Assembly: GCF_009914755.1 (NCBI RefSeq)
Contig: NC_060933.1
Length of the DNA stretch: 64,000 bases
From: the human T2T-CHM13v2.0 reference genome, Homo sapiens
Strand: one strand, 5' to 3'
A model generated the notes under the pieces. That model ran no database searches, was not told where the DNA came from, and saw nothing but the letters and a program-made list of their open reading frames with translations. Positions 36,902-50,794 of the stretch are shown in pieces (position 1 is the stretch's first letter; each line of letters begins with the position of its first letter). The position numbers and the translations under genes were made by a program.

Positions 36902-37672
36902 TTTTTTTTTAAATTTCAATAGTTTTGGGGGTACAAGTGGTTTCTGATTACATGGATAAGCTCTTTAGTGGTGATTTCTGAGATATTGGTGCACTTGCCA
37001 TCTGAGCAGTGTACACTATATACAATGTGTGGTCTTTTATCCCTCACTCCAACCCACCCTTCCTCCCAAGTCCCCAAAGTCCGTCATATCATTCTTATGC
37101 CTTTGTGTCCACATATCTTAGCTCCCACTTATAAGTGAGAATGAACGATATTTGGTTTTCCATTCCTGAGTTACTTTACTTAGAACAATGGCTTCCAGCT
37201 CCAACCAAGGCGCTGCAAAGGCCATTATTTTGTTCTGTTTTATGGCTGAGTAGTATTCCATGGTGTGTGTGTGTGTGTGTGTGTGTCTGTGTGTGTGTGT
37301 GTGTGTATTACAGTTTCTTTATCCACTCTGATTGATGGGCATTTGGGCTGGTTCCATATTTTTGCAATTGCTAATTTTGCTGCTATAAACCTGCATGTGC
37401 AAATATCTTTTTTGTATAATGACTTCTTTTCCTCTGGGCAGATACCCAGTAGTGAGATTGCTGGATCAAATGGTAGTTCTACTTTTATTTCTTTAGGGAA
37501 TTTCCACACTGTTTTCCACAGTGGTTGTACTAGCAACATTCCCACCAGCAGTATAAAAGTGTTCCCTTTTCACCACATCCATGCCAACATCTATTATTTT
37601 TTGACTTTTTAATTAAGGCCATTCTTGCAGGAGTAAGGTGGTATCTCACTGTGATTTTGATTTGCATTTCCC
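36902..37672 (-). mobile_element. 5'-truncated L1PB1-like element containing a (TG)n tract at about 37264-37306
   Basis: TTTCAATAGTTTTGGGGGTACAAGTGG...TTTAGTGGTGATTTCTGAGAT; minus-strand [13 protein letters not shown]...FDPAISLLG. Confidence 0.9.
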
Positions 37673-37942
37673 ATAGCTATTTTTCTTAATCAGGAATATA
37701 TACCAGAATTACTTTTGGAGTTTGTTATAAGAAAGACATATGTAAATTCTTATCATAGATATGAATATTCTGATTCAGTAAATATAGCATGCCTGAGACC
37801 TAAGCATTTACATAATGAAAATGTTTCCTAGAATTTTGTTTTCGTAACTTGATTGACACAATTCAAAAAACTGTATGAAGAAAAATTAAATATGTATTAA
37901 TTGTACATATTATGGGGGGCGGTGTGTGTGTCCCTGTAAAAT

Positions 37943-38101
37943 TATCTTTTAAAAAAGAGAACAAAGTAATAGAGTTTACTACCAACCATTTTTCACTAAA
38001 ATAAATATAAATCAAAATAAATCTTTCCAAATTGAATGTCTAAAATCCAAGAAAAAATGATGGGCAAAAATACTGGTGAATATTTGAGTACATCTAAGTA
38101 A

Positions 38102-38104
<3 letters not shown>
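37943..38104 (+). repeat. Copy A of a 162-bp dispersed direct duplication (copy B at 39481-39642)
   Basis: Hand alignment: about 19 mismatches in 162 nt, no gaps. Confidence 0.9.
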
Positions 38105-38115
<11 letters not shown>

Positions 38116-38159
<44 letters not shown>

Positions 38160-38162
38160 ACA
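38116..38162. repeat. (CA)n microsatellite preceded by (TACA)n
   Basis: Read directly. Confidence 0.95.
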
Positions 38163-38689
38163 GTCAAATAACTGTATCCTTTAAAATACATCACTGAGCT
38201 AGCAAGACAAAAAAGTCCACAGAGGTCAAAGAATAAAAAAGCAAAAATTGTAGAAGTTGTTCAGTAAATGCCAAAGTCAGCATTACCCTCTCTAAATGAA
38301 ATCTTGATATCCTTGAGCATCTGTTTATATAAGGTGCAATACACAGAAGGAAAAGCCCAAGTTTTACCCCATGTATGGAGAACACTAGAAGACATCATGT
38401 AAATCTGAGAACCTAAGGAACAGCAACTCAGTATAAGGTTTAAAGAGAAATAAACACAAGGCTATAGGAAAACACTTCATCTGTCTTGATTTTAGCATTA
38501 AATAGAAATATTAAATAATTCAAAATTAAAACAAAAAATGAAACCACAAAATTTTAATAACAAGAATTCATGCAATTTTGCAGTTTGTTTCCATTTTTGT
38601 GTTACCTATTGAGCATAAAAGCACCATGAGAAGAATTAAATCAATGGCGAATTTTCACTGGACAAAATGCAACTTCAATATAGCCTCAA

Positions 38690-39700
38690 ATGGTTTACCC
38701 AGTAAAATGTTTCCTAGAAACATGTCCCTGCAGTGAAAAATTACAAAATAAATAAGGCAGCAAGTTGGTATGAATGAGAGAAAGTAGAAATAGAAGAAAA
38801 ATCAAACTCACATAGACTTTTTATATAAAAATTAACAACCAAACAAAAGGTTATGTTTCAAAAAAACCCTTAAAATATGAGCAAGGAGTTAGAAAGCATT
38901 AAATTAATAAAGTACACTTGAAAAGCAACCAAATAGTTTTTTTAGAAATAAAAAATACAAAAATTAATTTTAGAAAGTTAGAAGAATGGGTTGAATTTGC
39001 GCTATAGATACAACTGAATAAATTAGAAGATGAATGAGAAAAAATTCATTACAGAGAGAAGAGGAGATGAATAGTTTGAAATAAAATAATATGAAGAGAA
39101 AATTAAAAGTTATGTCTCTTTGAATTTCTAGAAAGAGATAGCAAAAAGAATAGAATTATCATACGTACAGTATAAAAAATATTTCTAGAATTGTTGGAAG
39201 ATATAATACCTCACACCCAGAAAGCCCAAAATGTCTCTAGCAGGAGAAACAAATATATAACAATCTATACCTAGCAGTTTATAATAAAAAAGCTGAATGC
39301 CAAAAACAAAGAGATATCACAAGTAACAAAATAGAAAGGATAAATCAACTTAAGATGTGTCATTTAAACCAATAACTATCATTTTGTCAGCAAAAATGGA
39401 AACCAATTGACAATAGAATAATATTTTCAGTGTGTTGATTGATGACAATTCTCAACCTGGAATTCTATACTCAATAAAAATATCTTTTAAAACTGAGAAC
39501 AAAGTAGTAGAGTTTACTACCAATCATTTCTCACTACAATAAATTTAAATCAAAATAAATCTTTCCAGACTGAATGTGTAAAATTCAAGAATGAATAATG
39601 GGAAAAAATACTGGTGAATGTATGGGTATATCTAAGTAAATATGGAAGTATACATCAAAAATGAATATGATAAGATTTGGGGTAAAATAAATAAGAAATA
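38690..39700 (+). mobile_element. Very old L1 ORF1-like relic (L1ME or HAL1 type)
   Basis: A-rich text with ORF1 landmarks: GAAAAGCAACCAAATAG, AGATACAACTGAA, TTTCTAGAATTG, CAACCTGGAATTCTATACTCA. Confidence 0.55.
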
Positions 39701-41352
39701 AAGAAAAACCACAGAAGTTGGCTTAACTTATGAGAAAGAGAGAAAAAAACTTCCCATAGCTAACTTACTCATCTTTATACAATTATCACTCTTAAATTAC
39801 TTTGAGCATTAAATAGAAAGGATTTGCTAAGGATTCACAGACTTAAAGATTCTTTGTGTAAATTTAGTAAAAGTTTAAAGTCAATTATCAGATATATCAC
39901 ATAATTATAATATGAAGTTCACATATCCCTAAAGGAAAATGTAAAATAATAATTTGCTTAATATTTACAATGGGAAATGCAATTTATTAAAGAACACTAA
40001 GCTATTTCTAATTCAATAATATCCAAAATTTTATTTGCTCAAGCTCTTGAGATAAATCACAAAACAAGCACATTCTTTCAAAATTAAAATACAGTTTTAA
40101 CATTAAAACTCCCTCTTTTGAATCTGGACTTCATATGATTTTTCTGTATACTTAAATTTTGTGTGACATTTAACTGAAGCCTATTTTATTTTTTTTTTGC
40201 TCCATATACATACTGGAAATTTAATATCCATAAGATGTGACCACTGATACATATTAATTATCCAAATGGAATGGAAATTAATATTGCTGTTAAAACAAGA
40301 CTTTCAACGCCCCCCCACACAATGCATTGCCTGCAAACTTAAATAATGTTATGCCGGACATATTTGTTAGTATGGGTAATTAAACATCTTTACAAGCCAT
40401 CTATATCATGTAGTTACATGCTTAACCTCATTTTATAATCATTCCATGCAGATGCATATTCAGAGGCTGCCACATTTATATTAATAAGCAAATATTAAAA
40501 GTAAAACAGAATTATTTAGATTTCCAAATAATTTCTGAAGTCCAAAAGGCAACATAATATCATAATATTTTATAAAATATTTTTTACCACATCATTATCA
40601 CCATTTTATTGTTGAAAGCACATCTGTGTCGGGGAAATATTCATAGAATAACCATTCAAAGAAATATTCAGAAGATTCAAGGTTGCCTTATTAAATTACA
40701 GTCTAAGGGGATTCTTATTACTAAAGGTAACTCTTGCTAATTACCAACATGAAAAGAACAATTCCATTTATATTTCAGTCAAGTGCAGGAATATGAGGTG
40801 TATATGTTTGTTTACTGTTCTCTTCAATAGCTTACAAAAATATGGATATATCTTAACAGATATAAGTAACATAAACTAAAAGGTAAGTTGCTTTAAATTA
40901 ATCTGACATTTTTGGATTTAAGGGAAAAGGAGGTTTCAAATATTTGTTTAAAGCATTTCTTTAGTGAAGCCCATAAGGAGATATAAGGGCCTAAAGAGCT
41001 TTCAAAGAGAAACTCAGAAGGATAATTTCATGAGTGCCACATTAGTCTTCAATCCATCACTGCTACATGTGTTAGTATATTACTCTACATGAGATCCACT
41101 TCTAAAAAATGTCTTTCCAGTACTTCATTTCTCTATATCTGTCATATTTCCATGTCATCCTCTTTTCTTTAAAATTTCAGTTATGTTCCCTTTTTATATT
41201 TTCCTTATTTATATTTCCTGAAAGAATTTCACGACAGATTCTTACAGAAAAAAAAGTGTAAGACAATGTTTACTATGTAAAATGAGAAAAATGAAAATAT
41301 CCATTTTTAAAAGCCTAAACAAATTGAGCATCTTTGAGTTGTTAGATATTTC

Positions 41353-41560
41353 CAGTGATGAGCTAACAAAGGTTTAAAAGCTGGCTTTCTGGGGAACAAA
41401 AAAAGCCCTGATTTGTAGCTTTTGCCCATTTTCTTGAGGAAATACTCCCGGTTTGGCTCTTTTGAAGCCACCAATGTGAAATCTATGGACATGGAATTGG
41501 GAAGAGATACCAGCCACCCATTCTTGCAATCCAGTATGAGTTGGCTCTAGCATATCACTG
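41353..41560 (+). mobile_element. MER63A-like hAT MITE
   Basis: Terminal inverted repeats CAGTGATGAGCTA / TAGCATATCACTG; internal AAAAGCCCTGATTTGTAGC and GGAATTGGGAAGAGAT. Confidence 0.8.
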
Positions 41561-43789
41561 CAGTATTTTGTTATAACATGGCTATGGTTCTGATTATTCC
41601 CAGGCACTACAGTAATATAAAACAATTATGGTTTGAAGAACACTTCACAATTAAACTCTAGTACAATTACACTGAATTCCCCACTACTGATCAGAAATTC
41701 AAGTGTTCCCATTAGTTCAGTAAGAATTTTCAAGATAAGCATTTTAGAATTGCAAAAGGTTTTGAATAGCCAAAAGAAATTTCTCACATGCCAAAACCAA
41801 GAACAGCATACTTTACACAACTGTAACTGTAAATTACATATAGTTTATTCTTAACTGTGTATATTTGTATAGCTATTTTGCATTACACATACTGTAAAAG
41901 TTAACAACATTCTACAAACATTTAGCACCGACTATGTGTTAGTCTCAATACTAGATGTTGGCAAAAGACAGGTGAATCAGATGTAAATCATGTCTCATAT
42001 ATACATATATATATACACATATATATATATACATATTATGCATGATTACTGGTTATTAAATGTATGTAATACAAGCATTTCATTGTTTAAATAGAATCTG
42101 TATAATCATGGCCCAAGTGAGAAACTTGAAGAAGAGTGCCTAAGGGCACAGATTTATTCTATTTCCAAAAAGAAAAAACAACCCAAGTATTGCATTTTAT
42201 CTATCTCCATTTCCTGATAAGAATTTTAATGGACAATGTTGAAATATAAAAGAAGTAAACATTAAAAATGTTTTGTTTTCCTTAAAAGTTTTACTTTCAT
42301 AAATGTGGTAACATCTGGTGGTAGCATAGATGGTTATTCTGCAGTTGATATTCTAAGTAACCCTCTTTTTTTGCTTAACAGATATATCAGATGACATTGA
42401 GAGATGTAGATGGGAAAATGAAGTAATTAGGCACCTTGCCTCATTTTTTAAAATATTAATTTTTAAAAATATTAATGTACATGATACAGATATGCAGAGA
42501 ATGAAAATTATGCACACATACAGTGATAATTATGTCTCTCTAGTTTCATTTTGATTTTTATATACAATATTATATATTTATGTAAAATATAACATCATAA
42601 CAATACCAACAGTGCAGAACATTAACAATCATTCCAACACAGGTTAAATAAGAGATCTGTAATCTTATCTCAGTACGGCTACTCTAAAAGTCTGGAGTTT
42701 ACTTTTACAAGGCCCCCAAAAGGCCTTTCAAGATTAATATTATCATTACTCAGCTGTGTTAATTAGCTGGTGAATCATTTAAGCCTAAATGGAGATCCAA
42801 GTAACTGAATCAGAAATTTGGAGCTTTCCCAAAGAAGCAAAGAAAATAATCCTGGAGTTTCTAGATTGTTCAATATAAAGGGGCAAAAGCATGGAATAGG
42901 TTGTAGAAAAAAAACTCTTTTTGACTTCAATATACTAAATATTATAAAAACAATAAGCTACTGTGAAATAGTTTTTCATAAAGTTCAAACAGAATAAGCA
43001 AACACAAATGGATGCTACTAGAGCAGGGAAAGAGGGACCACATGAAGGCAGTGAGCAAGGCATTGATTAAGCTGAAGGTTGTTCAATAACTGCTCCTTAA
43101 TTGATTAAAAGAAAGGCCAACCTTGAACAATCAATATTTAACCCATTAATATTACTACTTGCCATATTTATTGATAAATGTTGCCAAAGTTAAATTGGCA
43201 ACAACCAAACATTAAAGAAAATACTAATCCGAGCCTGAAATATAACACTTTTTCCAATAAACTGTTACAGGTAGAATACGTTTATTTCCAAATCCAACAC
43301 ATAGAATATAATGGAAATTTAATTATAACAACTGAGGCATGTTTAGTCACATTGTTAAGAACATAACTCAGTTTTAATCATCTCTGTAGTTCAATGAAAC
43401 AATAAACTAAAGGAGTTAGAGTGGACTGATCTGATTATTGAAAACTACAAACACAAACCCCAATGTCTGCTGATGTCTAAATGCTTCCAGGTATTGATTA
43501 GGAATAAAAAAATATAGATCAGATAAACCGTACAGATTGCTTTAGATAAAGATTAAATACAAAACCATTCAATTCCTCCCAATAAGTTGGTAAATGACAG
43601 AGAGAAAGAATGTCAGTCTTATTTTCTCCGCTTTTATTCATGGCTTCCCTGTTCTTACATATTTTCATTTAAAAACCCAAACCAAACCAGATGGCAGAAA
43701 GAATATAGAGTTAAAAATGTATTACTTATATGCCTCAAGGTCTCTCTCAGGTCACTATTAGCCTCTAACTATCACCTCTAAACTTTAAT

Positions 43790-44030
43790 AAGTAATAACT
43801 AATGTTTATGGAGTGCTTATTATGAGCTATACATTTCATACATATCTGTATTTTTTCATTTACTAATCTTAAACTGCTACATAGTAAATAAAATTAATAG
43901 GGTCATTTTATAGATGGGGAGACTGAGAAATAAAGAGGTTAAATAACTTCTTAAAAGTCACCCAACTGGTAAATGTGGGGGTTATAATTTTAACTCCTGA
44001 AGTTTTATTCCAGAATTGAGACCTTGAGCT
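43790..44030 (-). mobile_element. MIR
   Basis: AATAACTAATGTTTATGGAGTGCTTATTATG...CATTTTATAGATGGGGAGACTGAG...GAGGTTAAATAACTT. Confidence 0.75.
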
Positions 44031-45835
44031 CTTTACTAAAATGTGATATTTTCAAAAGAAGAGAGGAAGGAAGAGGATAGGAAAAAACAAAGTAAAGAGT
44101 AGTGATAAATAAGACACCACAATATCACAGAACTACTGTAACAGGCATGACAAGTTTGGAAAAGTAGGTCCAAATGGCATGCCCAGTCATAGGGCAACTC
44201 TCTCTGTAAGGACAATGAGTTGTCTCCTAGGATCAGTAAGAAAATCATTCCAACAGGACAGCAATAGGGTAGTGAGTAAGTGAAGTACTAGGTGAAGTAC
44301 AAGGGAGCAAAGGAAGACAAAAGAGGAAACAGTACAATTGGTACTTATTTACTCCGTTACCCTCCTTGCTTATTAACATGAAGTTCCATTCTGATGATAA
44401 AAATAGATGAATATTTGCCTAGACAAATAAACCCCAAAAAACCCTATAAATTCAATATAGTCCTTTATGATAATCGGTCTCTCTAAACTCAGTTCTAAGA
44501 TCCAAAACCAGATTTATCAAAGTCCTCTCTTGGGCACTGTTATAATTCCTATTTGACTAAGTATAAGAATTAATTGAACTGAAAGTTTAATAATGGCTGA
44601 AAAATATAATTCTGTGTTCTATATTTCAGTGATTGGGGTTAAAGAACATAAAATTAAACACTCTGAATATCAGAACATCCAAGGAGGCTATGCAAAAATT
44701 TAGGGCATGATGTATTATACTTTATTCTGGGGAAGATTTTATGGGGCTCCATTTGTTCTTTTCTTCCTTTATGGGAAAGATTTCACTGTGATGTGAGTTT
44801 TAGAGACATGTTCCAATATACAGTTTCTTTTGTACAACATGTTACATATATTTAACTCTAATATGCAACCATTAGGTTTTTTCCATACATTCAGTCATTT
44901 TCCAAGTATCTATATTTTTAAATGTTTTCCCCCAAATACAGGGGGGAAGATAAGTTTTACTGGGACAAATTATGTATGTTCCCCTCTCATAACTTTACCC
45001 CAGGGCATTTTTTCCCCAAAGGGCATAGAGCAGTCCACTAACACTATAAATTATATCCCTACTACCATCATTGGTGGTGTTTCCCGTCTAACATTGTCAT
45101 GTCTAAAAATTATTTAAAATGCAATTTTGAAGTAGAAAAAGTATTTCATAAATAAATAAGTGGTTTCACATTATATTTAAATGTGATCATTAATCTATAA
45201 AATTTGGTGAGACAATTATGCTTTGAAAGCAGTTACTGATTTAGTTAGATTTTCTTTAGAATGTTAAGAAAATATGGATTAGAAAATACATAATCCATAC
45301 AATGTTTTCAGAGCATAGAAGTTCCTTTAAATTACACTCTAGATATAATCTAGGTACGATTAGTGGTAAAGTACCAGGTAATAACATGAGACTTTAATAA
45401 ATGAGTAAACAATTCAAGTGTACAATGGAAAATATATTTCACTTCATATGTTCATTATTATAAAGAAAATAAAAATGTTTCTGTATCTGTCAAGAGGAAA
45501 TCCAACATTGTACCACTATTTTTTTAGTATAAAACGTTTATTTTTTACTAACATTGTATGGTTTTAACAAAAAAAAATTGTAAATGGTTTTGATAGGTTG
45601 ATTTAAGATTTTATTCTTTTAGGCTAACTTTGTATAATGAGTGTGCATGTCTTTACTTCAAAATGTATGAAGTGTATGAAATGTATGAAAAGTGAAAAAT
45701 ATTGTGTCAGGAGACAGAATTATAAAAGCTTAAAAAAAATCATGAGTTGTTTGTTGTTGTTGCTGTTGTTTCCCCAAGATGGCTAACTTGGGACAGTGGA
45801 TGCCAGCTATCTCAGAAAGACAAAAATGACCAAGT

Positions 45836-46125
<290 letters not shown>

Positions 46126-46384
46126 CACATACACATACACAAAAGAAAATAAATCAGAGTTGCAGGTGAATGGTCATGCTTTAAATGGAAAACTGAGCCA
46201 GGACCTATCAGAGAGCCCACGTGAAGAAGCTGGGGTGTGGAAAAGGAAACCAGAAAGTCTGCAGAGATGGATGCCTGAGAAACTCAAAGCCCCATGGAAT
46301 GGCCCCACAGGAGATAGTGTGTTGGCTCATATGTCCAGTATATCACTACAGCAAAGCAGTATTTGAGAAAGCCACCACACAAAA

Positions 46385-48505
46385 GCTATCAACAACCAAG
46401 GAACCCATACATCATACTGAATGGGGAAAAGCTGAAAGCATTCCCACTAAGAACAGAAACAAGATAAGAATGTACACTTTTACCACTCCTATTTAAAATA
46501 GTAGTGGAAATACTGGCCAGAGTAATCTGGCTAGAGAAAGAAATAAAAGGCATCTAAATTGGAAGAGAGAAAGTCAAATTATCTCCGTTTTCTGACAAAA
46601 TGATCTTATATCTAGAAAACTCTGAAGATTCTTCCAAAAGACTCCTAGATCTGATAAATGATTTCAATAAATTTTCAAGATACAAAATTAATACACAAAA
46701 ATCAATTCCATTTCTGTACATCCACCATTTTCGAGCTGAGAACGAAACCAATAACTCAATCGCATTTAAAACAGCCACAAAAATACCTAGAAATACTTTT
46801 AACCAAAAAGGTGAAAGACCTCTACAACAAGAAGTATAAAACACTGAGGAAAGAAATCACAGATGTCACAAACATATAGAAAACATCCCATGCTCATGAA
46901 TAGGAATAATCAATATCATTAAAATGACCCTACTTTCTTAAGCAATTTACAGATTAAATATGATCCCTATCAAATAACCAATGCCATTTTTCACAGATTT
47001 AGCAAGAGCAATTCAAAAATTCATATGGAACCCAAAAAGAGCCCAAGTAGCCAAACCAAACCTAAGCAAAAACAACAAAGACAGAGGCATCACATTACCT
47101 GACTTCAAACTATACTTCAAGGCTATAGTAACCAAAACACCATGGAACTGGTACAAAAATAGACACATCGATCAACAGAACGGAAGACAGAACCCAGAAA
47201 TACAGCCACATACCTACAACCATCTGGTCTTTGACAAAGCTGACAAAAATGAACAATGGGGAACGGACATCTTATTCAATAAATGGTGCTAAAAACACCT
47301 GGCTAGCTATATGAAGAAAAGTGAAATGACCCCTATTTCTCACGATATAAAAACTAGCTCAAGATGGATTAAAGACTTCAATGTAAGACCTGAACCATTA
47401 AAAATCCTAGAATAAAACTTAGGAAAAACTCTTCTGGACATTGACCCAGGTAAAGAATTTATGACTAAGACCTCAAAAGCAAATGCAACAACAATAAAAA
47501 TAGACAAATTATACAAAAGAGCTTCTGTTCCGCAAGAGAAACTATCAACAGAGTAAATGGGCAGCCTGCAGAATGAGAGAAAACTTTTGCAAACTAACCA
47601 TCCAAAAAAGAACTAACATCCAGAATCTACAAATAATCTAAACGAATCAACATTAGAAAAAAACAAATCCATTAAAAAGTGGGCAAAGGACATGAACAGA
47701 CACTTCTCAAAAGGACATAAAAATGGCAGCAAACATATAAAAAATGCTTAACAATAATCATCTAAGCGATGCAAATTAAAACCACAATAAGATACCATCT
47801 TATACCAAATAGAATAACTATTATTAAAAAGTAAAAAATAGCATGTTGGCAAAGATGTGGAGAAAAGGAAACACTTATACACTGTTGGTGGGAATGGAAA
47901 TTAGTTCAACCCCCTATGGAAAACAATATGGATGATTCTAAAACAAATAAAGATAAAACTACTATTCATCCTAGCAACCTCACTATTGGGTATCTACCCA
48001 AAGGAAAATAAATGATTTTATCAAAATGATACCTGCACTCTTACGTTTATTGCTGCACTATTCACAATAGCAAAGTCATGTAAGCAACCTAAGTGTCCGT
48101 CAGTGGTTGACTGGATAAAGAAAATGTGGTATAAATACACCATGGAATACTATGAAGTCATTAAAAAGAATAAAATTATGTCCTTGGTAGCAACATGGAT
48201 GGAACTGCGGGCCATTATCCTACAGGAATAACTCAAACAGAAAATTAAACACTATATATTCTCACTTATAAGTGGGAGCTAAACAATGGGTATACATGAA
48301 CATAAAGACAGAAGTAATAGACACTGGGGGATCTAAAATGTAGGAGAATGGAAGTAGGGTTGAGGTTAAAAAAAAACTACCTATTTGGTACTATGTTCAC
48401 TATTTAGGTGATATGTTCACTAGAAGCCCAAACCCCAGCATTACACAATATACCCATGTAACATACCTGCACAGGTACTTCCTGAATCGGAATTTTAAAT
48501 AAAAT
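46385..48505 (+). mobile_element. L1PB3/4-like element, ORF2 RT region to 3' end
   Basis: Decayed ORF2 (MILYLEN...[15 protein letters not shown]...LPDFKLY) and 3'UTR TAGAAGCCCAAACCCCAGCATTACACAATATACCCATGTAAC. Confidence 0.9.
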
Positions 48506-48713
48506 CATATCATTGTCTAATTTTACATAGAGAAGTTGTCTGTATTTTTTATTACCAAAATATGACTTTTAAATTAATGTCCCCAAATCAGCCTCTCTCA
48601 AGTCAAGTAGCCCAGGGAGAAGATTTAATGGAATTAGAGTAGATAAAGAAATGAGAGAACATGGAAAAACAAACACACGATATACAAACAGAATGGAAGA
48701 AAGTTAATATGAA

Positions 48714-48885
48714 AAGGGTTCTTAACCATTTGAGGGTATTTGAACCATCTGAAAATGTGGCAAGAGCTAGGGGTCTATTCAGGAAAATGCCCATATACTC
48801 ATACCCTCAAAAGGTCTACAAAATTGTAAGTCTGCATTATTCCTAGAGAATTGTACAGCCTCACAAAAATTGTTCATAACCTCTG
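48714..48885 (+). mobile_element. hAT-Charlie MITE relic (Charlie4z-like)
   Basis: AGGGTTCTTAACCATTT...TGAAAATGTGGCAAGAGCTAGGG...GAAAATGCCCATATAC. Confidence 0.45.
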
Positions 48886-49009
48886 TGTTAGGAATTTATG
48901 GGCCAGATTGAGGCAGCAATAATCCAGACCTAGAGTGAAGGCATTTGGATGTTAAACAGTAAATGAACTGTGCAGAGAATAGAATCTATGAGCCTTTCTG
49001 TAGGCTTCT

Positions 49010-49325
49010 CTCCTCGTTCTCCTCACGGATGACTTCTGATCCTTCAGGACTCAATTTAAATACTATCTCCTCAGCTTCTTTAACCATTATATTTAAATTG
49101 GGACTTCTACCTTATTCCTCCTTCCTTGTATTATAGTATTAAACCAAATTACTTTGTTGTAATCTATTATAGTAGTTGCCATAACTTATTAATGTTTGCT
49201 TCTCTATTTTTGTCTTCCTGATCTATAATATCTATGTCTTGTTTGTTATTATGTCTCCAATATGTGATATATTGATCTGCAAATAGTCGACTCACAATAA
49301 ATATCTGTTGAATTAAAAAGTATGA
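49010..49325 (+). mobile_element. L2 3' end
   Basis: ATCCTTCAGGACTCAATTTAAATA...TCTCCTCAG...ACAATAAATATCTGTTGAAT. Confidence 0.6.
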
Positions 49326-50181
49326 GTGAGTAGACTTTCAATATCGGGAATCTAAAGGACTTCAAAGTATTATATAATTCTACCTTCAGCCACCTTTTAG
49401 GATTTTTGAGAGAAAAGGGAGTTTAGAACTAGAGGGCTAGAGTTAATAGTAATTTCTGGCAGTGAACTATGCAGCCAAGAATGGAACTGACATTCATTTG
49501 AAATGTGAAATAATAGTTCTCATTTGTCATAGTCTTGGGTATTCATATTCATGTATTTGTAACTAAAAGATTTTGCAGAAAGGCAATAAATGATTCACCA
49601 GAAGTCATTGTCATAAAATTATATGTTTAACATATTGAATATGCACTTAAAATTATTTTAGATTTAATATATACAGATAAGTTAAATCAGATTTTTAAAA
49701 CAGATAATTTAATAAGAGTAGAAACAAATAACAATCCAACAATAAAAACCATGCACATGACTCCTCCAGGGTGGCCTGTTCTAGTTGCCTCGTTGTTTTG
49801 CAGATCCTTCTCCCTTATGTTCAAGCCCCTTCTTTAACTTTTCCTTTTCGATCTCCCTAAATGCTGTACTTTTCCAGTTTGTGACCCAAATCACCTAACA
49901 GGGAAAAATGACAGTGCTCACACTTCGGAGTATAGCAGGTGACATGGCAGATGATCAATAGAGATGGAAATTTTGGTGGGATCTATAAATTCTCCTCCTA
50001 GACACTTTATCCCTCTTCTACCCCCTTAGTCTTTACCAAAAGTTCTTGTCTGCTGTGACCCACAAAAAATGAAAGAATCATCACATCAGTTTTCTTTGTC
50101 ACCGATTGTATAGTTTAAGGAATTTAAACATTTTCAGACACTATGTTTTACTGAACTGACTACCAAAAGTAAAAAAGATTG

Positions 50182-50277
50182 TTTGTGGCATCTAGTTTCC
50201 AAGAGACTAAATAGGAACAAAAGCCTTTGTGGCACCTAGTTTCGAAGAGACTAAATAGGAACAAAAGCCTTTGTGGC
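50182..50277. repeat. 44-bp tandem duplication (2.2 copies)
   Basis: TTTGTGGCA(T/C)CTAGTTTC(C/G)AAGAGACTAAATAGGAACAAAAGCC twice, then TTTGTGGC. Confidence 0.95.
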
Positions 50278-50794
50278 CTCTTCAGACTGAACCACAGGTC
50301 CTGGTATTAATTCAACTTTCTACCTTGGCTCTCCCAGTTGTGAGGTCATTTGGATGAAGGATTACAGCAACATTCCTTTGGAAATTTGCTTTAAGAATCA
50401 GGCAGCTAGGGATCATTGAATCCTTGAAGTTTAAATTTGGAAAGATAAACAGGAATAATTGTCACAACAACAAAACAGCAAGGACAGGCTACATTAACCA
50501 AATCTAGACTCCTTCACTACTTCTGGATGAGAGAGTGGGTTGGAAGAGGGAGGGAGGGGCAGGAAGAGGGAGATTTGGAGAGAGCTCCAGAGAGAGAGAG
50601 AGTGCAAGAGAGCAAGTGAGCAAGCAAGCACATATGAGCAAGCTGGAGGTGGAGGAGGCAGGCAAAGGAGACCAAAATATAACCAGAGTATGTAATTAGA
50701 AGTTTAGAGTCACTTTCCTATCATCTACTTCCTTTAATTTCTAAGACTGAAAAAATACAATCCAAAGAAAACATACAATTTTTTAAAACCTTCT

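Noticed and set aside
50182-50277. CRISPR-like repeat
   Set aside because: Adjacent tandem copies without spacers, in human DNA.
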